A stretch of DNA of 64,000 bases from Tetramitus jugosus. Taxonomy: Eukaryota > Protista > Heterolobosea. The notes below the pieces were generated by a model that was not told the DNA's origin, did not search any database, and saw nothing but the letters and a program-made list of their open reading frames with translations. The stretch is from assembly GCA_937625935.1 (NCBI GenBank), contig OW569349.1, positions 604,303-668,302 of the forward strand, in the 5' to 3' direction. Shown piece after piece: positions 53,801 to 63,156 of the stretch (position 1 is its first letter; every line of letters begins with the position of its first letter). Made by a program: the position numbers and the translations under genes.

Positions 53801-56800
53801 ATGGTGTCTACTGCCAACAGCAATTCTGCTGCGGATAGCAGTACTACTGGTACGACAAACAACCAGACCATTGTGCGTAAGCCGTTCATCCAAGTCGTTC
53901 AAGAATGGACGGCTGCCATTGACCAGAAATTGAAACCTGTTGTGCTCCAGAACAACCATTCCTCTGAATTACCAAAGTTGGTTCCGATGGAAGATGATCG
54001 TTCTTTTGAAGAACTACTGGCTCTCATGAATGACCAAACCACTACAAGTTCTCAATTTTTTTTCGCTTGTCGGAACGGTAGTGATTCAGTGTCTCTACAG
54101 TTGTTTAACCACTTGATTGAGACTCGCAGTAGTGACAACGGTTTGTTATCTGTGAGTAAGATGACAGACAAAGAAAATTCTAATTGCACTCTCATGCATG
54201 TTTGTGCACAAAGAGATAAGATTCAATGCATGGAGTTCTTATTATCTCTCAACATGTCAGTAGATGTGCTCGATTCAGTGTCTGCCACACCACTGCACTA
54301 TGCAGTATCTCAGAACAATCATGAATCTACTCTGTTTCTCTTGAGCAAAGGTGCAAACATCAATGCAAAAGACTCCTACTCCAAGTTTCCTCTGCTCATT
54401 GCACTCAAACATAAGCATTATGCCTTAATGGAATTACTGGCCCCCTTTCGGCCTGATGTTCATCAGAGATTATACAAAGGCAATACACTCTTGCATAATA
54501 TGGCCGAGGAAGGTGACATCATTGCAGTGAGACTTCTCGTTGAAAAATTGAATGCATCTCCTCTGAGAAAGAACAATGAAGAAGAGAATGTACTTTATAA
54601 CGCTCTTCCTTATGTTGACATTGTTCAATATCTGGCCGTCCACTTTGCTTCCAAGGGTTTGGATCGCATGCTCTGCAACATCAACACGTCTGGCAAAAGC
54701 ATACTACACAAGTGTGGAACTGATGGGCACATTGATAATGTTTTATTGCTCTTCAAGTATGTAAATGTTTCCGAGCTCAACCAGAAACAGATTGAATCAT
54801 TATTGAACAGCATGGACAAGAAGGGGGAGACACCACTGGTTTTAGCCGTGAAAAACTACAGAAAGGAGCTAGTACGGTTCTTAGCCGAGTGTATTGAGGT
54901 TGAATTGAATGAAGGAGATTCAAGTGGTGCAACTGCTCTTCAAACAGCGGTAAGTACGACTGATAAGGATATGATCAATACACTCTCAAAGGCAGGAGCT
55001 TCTCTAAAGCCAATTAATAGACATGATGAGAAATCAGAACAGAATAACTGCTTAGCTTTCTTAAGTAGTATGACTACTACTCTAGTGCTACTACTATCAT
55101 TCATCTCTATCATATGCATTATAAGCATGGCTGGTATTTCTCTTGGATTTTATGGAAGAAGTATAGGGCGAGAGACAAAGAGTGCAAGAGACGACTCTTT
55201 TAAAGAGGTAACCGACTATCTAACTAGCGAAATCTCACGACATACAGTTTCATCTCTCTCAGCTATCTCTGCATTTCAAACTAATCTCATTGACACGAGT
55301 GGCTCGCTTCAGAATGCTTTGGAGTTTTCCTTCACTATGCTTCAGTCAATATACAATGAGTCTGATTTCACAATTGATGTGTACATTGGTTCTCATACGG
55401 GAGACCAAGTTGGTGTGATTGCAGCTTTTAATGCTCCTGTCGATGTTTGGACACTGTATGCTAACAAATCTCTATTTGAACATCACAAGGCTCCATCTAT
55501 CTGGGATCAAGATTTGAACGAAATCTTAACATCAGGAACACTTTTTTACATGAATGCATCCGAATTTGACAAATTTGGACCTTTTTATCAAGTTGCCAAT
55601 GATTCATTAGGAGCTGCTTGGACTCCTTCCTTTGCACAATTATCGTTCCCTGGTTCTCTTTTTGTTTCCTTTATGACTTCAGTGAGAGATCCTGTAACAA
55701 ATCAAATGCAATTATACATGGGTAGTGATATCACAACAGAAACCATTTCACGGTTTTTAAACCAGAAATCGATTGAGTGGTCGAGCACAATTGTAATTAT
55801 GGAAAAATCGACAGGGTATCTAATCAGTACTAGTGATCCACAATTTCTGGTTTATACAACTGACGACACGACGATTCATCGATTGAATGGAACGACTGGT
55901 GGAAATGAAGTCATCAAGAAAATGTTGAGTTATTCAAGACAAGAGTTTGGCCAAAAACTGGAGAAAGTGAGATCTAACGCTTATGGATTGTTCGAGCATC
56001 AAAAAAGATACTACCTCCTTAACATTGGAGAGTTAAAGGATAAATATGGTCTGGATTGGTTTATAGTGCAAGCTGTACCTAGAGATCTCTTCTTTAGAGA
56101 TTTCAAAATTGCGATTGGATCCATGATTGGTCTAACTTGCATATTGCTCTTTGTTGGAGTGATTGTATCTGTGGGGTCTTCTTTCCTTTTTATGGCTCCA
56201 TTGAAGAGGCTGTCAGCTCTGGCAGAAGAAATCAAATTATTGCAATTGGAACAAGTGGAGAAAAAGTTAGCTCGAGACATTTCTTTCTTTTCCGAGATAA
56301 GAAGCTTACAGAGTTCGTTCGGATCAATGTCTACAAGATTGAAACAGTTTCGACAATTTATTCCAGAACACATTTTGGCTGTGATTGAAACTGAAGTCGC
56401 TCACAAGGAGATCCTAAGACAAGAAAGCAATTCTCTTACCATCAAGAAGAGTTCATCCAAAGAGTCCTCGGTTAAGAAAGGGGAAGTGGAGCAGAATACC
56501 ATGTATGAATCATGTTCTGATACGCTCATCTCTACAGTCCATGCAAACTATCATTCCAAGGGTTTGGTGACAAATGCACTAACTTCAGGTTTAGTCAGTG
56601 GAACTGTGTCTGTGATGACTATAAAGTTCGACGACATGTCACAAATCTTGGAGTCATATTCGATTGACGATGTCAATGATGCCATGAAAGATCTATTAAC
56701 TGCAATTAAGGACAAAATTAGAGAATCAAATGCTCAATTGGTCTCTCACACACACTCTCATGCAGTTATCTCCTGGAATACGTTGATCTCGCAGTCAGAT

Positions 56801-57349
56801 CATCGAATTAGAGCCATACGGACGGCTCTTGGTTGTCAGAAATCTGTTTTAGGTTTACAGGAGGCTTGGAGAATGAGAGGTTTTCCTCTTTTGAACATTC
56901 AAATCGGATTGAGTTCAGGTGCATCATTCTACGGAAACATAGGATCCGATTCAACCAAAATATTTACTGTGATAGGAAGAGCAGCCAACGAATCCAACAC
57001 TGCATGTCTTTTAAATGAGTCTTGGGGTACAAGAATTCTGGTGTCTCACAATATTTATCAAGCAGCAAAAGATTCTTTCTTCTTGCGTCCTATTGACAAA
57101 ATTACAGATGAATTGCGCATCTATGAACTGGGAGAAACTAGAAGCACAGATGAATGGAGCCACGAATTGTCGCAGGATATTACAAAAGAAAACGATATTT
57201 GGTTTGAGTATACAAGGGGCTTCAAGTGTTTTGATAGAAGAGATTATGAGCAAGCATTCGTTATTTTCTCAGAATACTTGTCCAAATATCCATTTGATGC
57301 TGTTGCTCAGATCATGGTCGATAAGTCGAGAACGATGTGTGAACTCTAA
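53801..57349 (+). CDS. Ankyrin repeats - TM - Cache-like sensor - TM - HAMP - class III nucleotide cyclase-like receptor (probably catalytically degenerate)
   Basis: Ankyrin motifs (TPLHYA, GETPLVLA) and two TM helices flanking an extracellular domain (WTPSF, LDWFIV..VP). Then HAMP (PLKRLS..SEIRSLQSSF..M..L..F..FIP) and a cyclase fold (IQIGLSSG..FYGNIGS..FTVIG). Confidence 0.88.
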   Translation: MVSTANSNSAADSSTTGTTNNQTIVRKPFIQVVQEWTAAIDQKLKPVVLQNNHSSELPKLVPMEDDRSFEELLALMNDQTTTSSQFFFACRNGSDSVSLQLFNHLIETRSSDNGLLSVSKMTDKENSNCTLMHVCAQRDKIQCMEFLLSLNMSVDVLDSVSATPLHYAVSQNNHESTLFLLSKGANINAKDSYSKFPLLIALKHKHYALMELLAPFRPDVHQRLYKGNTLLHNMAEEGDIIAVRLLVEKLNASPLRKNNEEENVLYNALPYVDIVQYLAVHFASKGLDRMLCNINTSGKSILHKCGTDGHIDNVLLLFKYVNVSELNQKQIESLLNSMDKKGETPLVLAVKNYRKELVRFLAECIEVELNEGDSSGATALQTAVSTTDKDMINTLSKAGASLKPINRHDEKSEQNNCLAFLSSMTTTLVLLLSFISIICIISMAGISLGFYGRSIGRETKSARDDSFKEVTDYLTSEISRHTVSSLSAISAFQTNLIDTSGSLQNALEFSFTMLQSIYNESDFTIDVYIGSHTGDQVGVIAAFNAPVDVWTLYANKSLFEHHKAPSIWDQDLNEILTSGTLFYMNASEFDKFGPFYQVANDSLGAAWTPSFAQLSFPGSLFVSFMTSVRDPVTNQMQLYMGSDITTETISRFLNQKSIEWSSTIVIMEKSTGYLISTSDPQFLVYTTDDTTIHRLNGTTGGNEVIKKMLSYSRQEFGQKLEKVRSNAYGLFEHQKRYYLLNIGELKDKYGLDWFIVQAVPRDLFFRDFKIAIGSMIGLTCILLFVGVIVSVGSSFLFMAPLKRLSALAEEIKLLQLEQVEKKLARDISFFSEIRSLQSSFGSMSTRLKQFRQFIPEHILAVIETEVAHKEILRQESNSLTIKKSSSKESSVKKGEVEQNTMYESCSDTLISTVHANYHSKGLVTNALTSGLVSGTVSVMTIKFDDMSQILESYSIDDVNDAMKDLLTAIKDKIRESNAQLVSHTHSHAVISWNTLISQSDHRIRAIRTALGCQKSVLGLQEAWRMRGFPLLNIQIGLSSGASFYGNIGSDSTKIFTVIGRAANESNTACLLNESWGTRILVSHNIYQAAKDSFFLRPIDKITDELRIYELGETRSTDEWSHELSQDITKENDIWFEYTRGFKCFDRRDYEQAFVIFSEYLSKYPFDAVAQIMVDKSRTMCEL

Positions 57350-57659
57350 GGTCAACAATAATAAATTCTGACTGAGTGAAGGTTTATTGTCATTCACATG
57401 ATCTTGCGACCTTCCCAAAGAACTTGCCTACACAGTGACTCCAAGTTCTTGAAAGGACCACCAATAGGATTGGAATTATCGTTGGGTCCATTGTTTGATG
57501 TGTTCCAAGCAGTAATCATTTTCCTATTGACGTGCGAAAAGGCACTCCTGTTTAAAAATACAAGTTACTCCAGATTGTTCAACTTTATGTGACGAAGCGT
57601 TTCTTCTCTAATTGTTACGGACGGGGCATATACACTGGAGAAGTTGTCTTCACTCCAGG

Positions 57660-58630
57660 ATACACGATTGCTACTAAAGCACATGATTGCTCATTATTGA
57701 CTTGGTTTGTGAGTCCACCTTGAGGGTGGAAGAATCATTCTCGTGATCAAATGGTGGAACCATGTAGTAGGGCCGTCAATGGACACTGGCGTCGTATGAT
57801 ACAGTGATCTGCAAGTCGTTGTAAAGCCTCTATCACTCATGATATCGAGAGCCATCTTTCTTGCAAGTTCGTTATCAAAAAGAGGGTTCATTGAACTCAC
57901 ATAGACACAACCTGCAATGGCACCAATTTCAATCTTGTCCTCGAACTCTTCTTCAATAGCTTTTGCTACACTCTGGAAAAGTTCTGTGCTATTTTCTTGA
58001 TTTGGGCCTGTTTGCTCATCATATCACCCAGTGTGACCCTAATACTCCTTTTTTGTTGTCATTGATATGTGGACTCTGAATCTCCTTTTCGGAGTCATCA
58101 TCCTCACATCTCCAATGACTGATTCGTCCTCAATCAACCCACACCTTTTACGGACAACATCTAGCGTCATGCAGCAATTTCCTTCTTCACTGGAGAGAAC
58201 ACTGGAGAAATAACATTCACTTGCTCCAGGATTTGTTGACAGCCTTGAGAGAATCATGTAAGACGTATCGAATGACCGTGTCCTTTAACTTGTTCTCTCC
58301 GCTGAGCACTGCTCGTGTATAGGTTTCATCACCTATAACCACGAAAGCTGGTCTCGCTTCTTGAGCACACTGGCGACCTTCTCAGATCATAGGAGATTCT
58401 TGATGTCGTCCACTGACATGTTCTTCATGCCATGGACGACACTTTGACCCCTTTCTTGTGACATCAACACTGCGTTTGGGTGCAACAGTGCTGTTGCCAG
58501 TCCTACTCTCAACGAATTCAACAAACTTATAGATAGGGTCACCCTTGGCCATCACCATGCAACAAAGCGTTACTGTCCTTTCATCTTGATGACTTGGACT
58601 CGGTTGAGCCGATTATTTGGCAGGCATACG
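57660..58630 (-). mobile_element. Decayed ORF1-only retroelement copy (element F)
   Basis: Colinear nucleotide similarity to 59450-60520 (e.g. GATGTCGTCCACTGACATGTTCTTCATGCCATGGAC; GATTGCTCATT..TTGACTTG..TTGTGAGT), with stops, frameshifts and deletions. Confidence 0.85.
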
Positions 58631-58639
58631 CAACAGGAT

Positions 58640-59400
58640 TCATTCTCTTTTTGGAATGTTGCGAGGGCCTTCGCTACCATCGGGAGCATCATTGGTGAAG
58701 TCAGATGGTTCCGTAGCCCTAGCAAGTTGATAGGACCTACGGAGAACCCCTGACTTGATACTGGCCAATCTTGCTGGCAACTGTATCACCAACGGCGACA
58801 CGTACTGATCTCTTCTTGTTCGTTGAGTTGGGGTTACTGAGATCCAACTCAAGTATCTTCATTGGTGGTTGTGCTTCTTGCACGATCCACCATGATTGCT
58901 CGAGCAGCAATCTCTTTCTTGAACACCTCGGAGGTGCTCAATACTGCTCGAGGATTGCTCTGTTACGAGCATCCTCATCATTGGTGTTGGTGGTTGGCTC
59001 TTGGCTGGACGTAGTTGGAGTGGCGGGATGCGACTCTGGCATGATCGACTCCAGTCATCGGCCGGAGACGGAGTCGAAGGTTCGAATTCGGAGATTCGTT
59101 CCGGTGTCCTTTGTTGTGCCGAGCATGGCCTTGATGTCGTCCTCCGTCTTTCCTTTGACAACATGGAGGACGACCTTCTTGGCACAATCTACGTTGTGCT
59201 TGAGTGCTTGCAGCCACTCACCTTCTTGTTGTGGTTGAAAAATTCAACAAATGGGTAAATGTTGTCATCAACAACAGTTACCCACACAACAAACCTCTTG
59301 GGGCCTTTCTTGATGACTTGGACCCTGATGAGCCATTCACCAAAATCTGAGCCAATCTTCTTTGCCAAGGCAGCCTTGGGTCACCTGTAAGGGGATGTAA
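58640..59400 (-). mobile_element. Decayed, more divergent ORF1 retroelement copy (element E)
   Basis: Translates to EWLIRVQVIKKGPKRFVVWVTV..IYPFVEFFN, VDCAKKVVLH..KTEDDIKAML and NKKRSVRVAVG, matching element D ORF1. It starts directly at the left TSD of D. Confidence 0.8.
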
Positions 59401-59415
59401 AATCGCCAGAGCCAA

Positions 59416-60581
59416 TTTTTTTTTCCATACAACCATGTGTGCTTGCGCAGCAAGCACACGATTGCTCATTTATTGACTTGTTTTGTGAGTGACGACCCGT
59501 AGGGCGTCATTCACTCTTCTTCTCTTGTTGTCCCCGACGGTGCACCTACACGTTGGAAGAATCACTCTGTTGAGTGGTTTGGTTGTAACCTTGTAGTAGG
59601 ACCGTCGATGGACACAGAGCCATCTGTTGTTTTTTTCTTGTTTTGGGCCTTGTTGCTCATCAACTCACCCAGTGTGATCCTAGCACTCCTCTTCTTGTTT
59701 TCATTGAGTTGTGGACTCTGAATCTCCTTTTCGGAGTCATCATCCACATCCACAATGACTGGTTCGTGCTCAGTCAAACCATACCTTTTGCGTGCAGCAG
59801 CCAGCGCCAATGCAACAATTTCCTTTTTCACTCTGGCGAACACTGGAGAAGTGGCATTCACTTGCTCCAGAATTTGCCGGTTCTCAGCACTGAGCTGTAC
59901 AACAGGCACTGATGGCAGTGGTGTTGCTACAGTCCTCTGTTCTTCTGCCTCCACTATCTCAGGAGTAGTCTCCATCCTAGCAGTGGCTTGGGCAACTTCT
60001 TGTTCCGGCATTGGAACCGGTTTGTTGCCCCCTTGACCCTTTGTCTTTCCCAATTCCTTGGTGAGTTCTGTGACCTGTCGACGCAGTCCGTCAACCACCG
60101 TCAGCAGCTCCTCGTACATCTTCGTCAACCTCTTGTTGACAGCCTTGAGAGGATCATGTGGTCTCTCGATGTATCGAGTGACCGTGGCCTTTATCTTGTT
60201 CTCTCCGCTGAGCACTGCTCGTGCATAGGTTTCATCACCTATAACCACGAAAGCAGTGTTACGCTTCTTGAGCACACTGGCAACCTTCTCAGGTCCCAGT
60301 AGCTTCTTGATGTCGTCCACTGACATGTTCTTCATGCCATGGACTACCACCTTTCTTGTGCAATCAACACTGCGCTTGGGTGCAGCAGTGCTATTGCCAA
60401 TCCTCCTCTCCTTGTTGAACAACTCAACAAAGTCATAGATGCGGTCACCCTTGACCGTCACCCATGCAACAAAGCGTTGCTGACCTTTCCTCTTGATGAC
60501 CTGGACTCGGTTGAGCCAGTCACTGCCGTATTCCCTCACCAAATTTGTTGAATCACCAGACATGTGATCCCGTTTTTTTCT
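59416..60581 (-). mobile_element. ORF1-only poly(A) retroelement (element D) upstream of tRNA-Ser
   Basis: 15-bp TSD with one mismatch: AATCGCCAGAGCCAA (59401-59415) and AATCGCCAGAGGCAA (60582-60596). Single ORF, then a 3' UTR of about 137 nt ending AATAAA..GTTGTATGG-A9. Confidence 0.88.
59562..60563 (-). CDS. LINE ORF1p-like protein (two RRM-like regions, coiled coil, basic tail)
   Basis: Open 333-aa frame from ATG 60563 with RKVVVHGM...DDIKKLL...AFVVIGDETYARAVL (RRM-like) and a heptad-rich segment. May be slightly 5'-truncated. The ORF1 identity is inferred from context. Confidence 0.65.
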   Translation of the reverse strand: MSGDSTNLVREYGSDWLNRVQVIKRKGQQRFVAWVTVKGDRIYDFVELFNKERRIGNSTAAPKRSVDCTRKVVVHGMKNMSVDDIKKLLGPEKVASVLKKRNTAFVVIGDETYARAVLSGENKIKATVTRYIERPHDPLKAVNKRLTKMYEELLTVVDGLRRQVTELTKELGKTKGQGGNKPVPMPEQEVAQATARMETTPEIVEAEEQRTVATPLPSVPVVQLSAENRQILEQVNATSPVFARVKKEIVALALAAARKRYGLTEHEPVIVDVDDDSEKEIQSPQLNENKKRSARITLGELMSNKAQNKKKTTDGSVSIDGPTTRLQPNHSTE

Positions 60582-60625
60582 AATCGCCAGAGGCAAAAGT
60601 CGCTAATTTATGATCTAATCTATCA

Positions 60626-60708
60626 GCACTCTTGTCCGAGCGGTCAAGGAGCCTGACTAGAAATCAGGTACGGGAAACCGTGCGTAGGTTCAAATCCTAC
60701 AGAGTGCG
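60626..60708 (+). tRNA. tRNA-Ser (anticodon AGA)
   Basis: Acceptor GCACTCT/AGAGTGC with discriminator G. Anticodon arm CCTGA-CTAGAAA-TCAGG, long variable arm ACGG-GAAA-CCGT, T-loop GTTCAAAT, and TTTT terminator at 60713-60716. Confidence 0.97.
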
Positions 60709-60792
60709 GATCTTTTAACCAACCAGCTTAAATTTTATAACTAAATCGAGAGGTAGCTGACAAACACAGGAAAAGAGAAAAAACTCGAACAA

Positions 60793-61031
60793 ATGTCAAC
60801 ACAAGGACAGTCAGTGCGGGCGGTAGTGATCCGTATGTAGTATGGACTATAAGAGAAACGAGGCGGTCACTGGAAAGTTCAACGAAGCAATCAACAAAAT
60901 TGGCTAGTTGCTCAGACTGGGTAGAAAGAGTTCAAGTGATGAGAAGAGGTTTCAAAGCATGGATTATTGTCAAAGGCGACACAAGTGTAAAAGAATCTTC
61001 TGAAAAACCTTCAAAGGAGCAAGGAGATTGA
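60793..61031 (+). pseudogene. Decayed 5' fragment of an ORF1-like element downstream of the tRNA (element G)
   Basis: SDWVERVQVMRRGFKAWIIVKGD versus element D SDWLNRVQVIKRKGQQRFVAWVTVKGD. Contains stops and frameshifts; no tail or TSD seen. Confidence 0.65.
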
Positions 61032-62144
61032 AGATACCACCACAAGAGGACCACGCTATTTGTTTCCAGTAAAGCTAGGCAACAAGTAGTACAAAAATCT
61101 ATTGGAGCTACAGAAAGCAGGTTTTGTAGCTTTTCTTCCCTGAAAATAAGCTCTATTCAATTAGCATATCTACTCCAGTAATCCAAGCCAAGACATCCTC
61201 CACGAAGTATTGTCTGATCCAAATCATGAACATCAAGAACTGCTGCAACTGTGAAACTCCGATTGATGACTTTTGCTTCATCCATTTGTGCATTTCAATA
61301 GAATTAAGGAAGCTGCATAACATGGAATCATGATTCCTTTGTGGCTGTGAATACCAAATTTATCAAACAGTTGTTGAACCATGATAAAGGTTGGAAACAC
61401 TGTTGGCAGTACAGTTGAAGAACGATCACTCAATAATGAACAAAAGATATTTATCCGAAAATCTATTCCCTACCGGAGAATAATTACGGTTATGAAAATT
61501 TTCCTACAAAAATCAAAGTTGAAATTTAATCAACAAGTAGGAACGAAACAAGAAATCATCAATTCAAGAAAAATGTATGGGCTTGGGAAAGTTCAAATCA
61601 CGAAAATTTTTTACCCCTATCCCTCAAAAAAATAAAATTGTAATTCTTCTACTAATACATTTTTCGTACCCCTTGTACCTTCAAACGTAAGATGTAATAT
61701 TTGGACATTCTCTTTTCAGAAATATTTAAAAATTTCTGTTGTTTCTCAACTTCTAAAAAAAAAGAAAGGACAAGAGAAACAATATCAGAAGAAGAGAGAA
61801 ATCGCATTTGTGATTTATTAGGACTCTTTTTTATTGAATAGTTGTTTTACAATTGGATGATTTATTCGTATGTCGTCATTAATCCTCAAGTTTGTGAATT
61901 CTTCAATATTGATCTTCCATCTTTGTTATTTCGTTGAGTTGAATGGATGGAAATTTGTTGATTTTGCTGACTATCTCGTTTGATCAATATCTTGAGCATG
62001 TTGACTGACAAGCCAGAGTGAACTAGTACCACCACAAATTTGACTTGCAACACAAACCTATGGTGGTTGTAGGCAAGCAGTGTTCGTATTGTACAGTTTG
62101 AAGTGAACAACTTTGCTGTGAGAACCTTGATGGTTGAGATCGTG

Positions 62145-62166
62145 TGGGTTGGGTTTGGGTTTGGGG
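62145..62166 (+). repeat. Short interstitial telomere-like tract
   Basis: TGGGTTGGGTTTGGGTTTGGGG, about 1 kb internal to the telomere and in the same orientation. Confidence 0.75.
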
Positions 62167-63156
62167 ATACATCCTGGATTCCCCAACCTAAGGAAACGAT
62201 TTCCTTATATGGCAATTTTTTTTTTGAGATTTTTTATTGCTCAAGGAGCTTCAGCTGGTTGAGGTGAAGAGATTGGCGAGGTTTTCAACTCGATTTGAGC
62301 TTTATCGGCTCGTAGAGCCGATATATCTGTGCTGTATTTAACAGATTTTCATCTGCAACAGTGTTAAAACTGCAATAGATTTCTGTCGATTTTGATCCTG
62401 TACTGGAGTTAAGACATTAGAGTGAGACTTGATTTCTTTAGTTTGGATCAGGATATTGAGACAGTATTTGATCATTTTTAACATGATTTTCTTCCAGCTA
62501 TAATTTTTGCCTCAGTTTCTGAGTACCTGATTTTTCAGAATTTTTGACAGACTTGATTTAGTGTTTTTCTGGATAGAATAGACAGATTTTATTAAATAAT
62601 CACTGTAGAATCAGATGTTTTATCTAGTAATGAGACTTTTCTACGTAAAATCCTGTAAGACAGTGAAATAGTGAAGTTTCAAATCTGCATCTAGTTTAAA
62701 GTTGAAATCCCAGATCCAACAGGTCAGAAATACAGATTACTAGCTTTTCTGAATGACAATTCATATTTATGAATGTAATAGACTGAGAGTCTTTTGGAAA
62801 AATTGTTCTTCTGAGAGCGATTAACCCTGACAGAATGAGAATTCAAACTTTGTGTTGTTCTTGAGTGCAGAGTTGAATACCCAGACCCAACCCGTCATAA
62901 CTGAAAAGAAAGAGCAATGATTACTCATTAAACGTGTATTGACTCGCTTGATTGCCTCTAATCCTTCCAGATGTTGAGCATTTAATGAGAAGTTTTCGAT
63001 TTTCGACAAATACTCATGAGTGAATGTCAAGCGATGGAAATAGAAATGAACTGAGTAATTTTAACTTCCATTAATCTTGTTTGATCATATTTTAGATGAT
63101 AGATTGTTTCTATTTTGAATTTGGATGAAAATTTTGATTTTTGAGAAGGAATTTGA

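Noticed and set aside
57370-57650. Possible gene fragment between the cyclase gene and the element stack
   Set aside because: No recognisable motif, and only short frames.
61050-61450. Possible decayed hAT-like transposase on the minus strand (LPTVFPTF, LDYWSR)
   Set aside because: No catalytic motifs, TIRs or 8-bp TSD. The resemblance may be chance.
62280-62820. Recurring ACAGATTTT/TCCTGTA/GAGACTT words suggesting a degenerate subtelomeric repeat
   Set aside because: No unit length could be defined by eye in this AT-rich DNA. A dot plot is needed.
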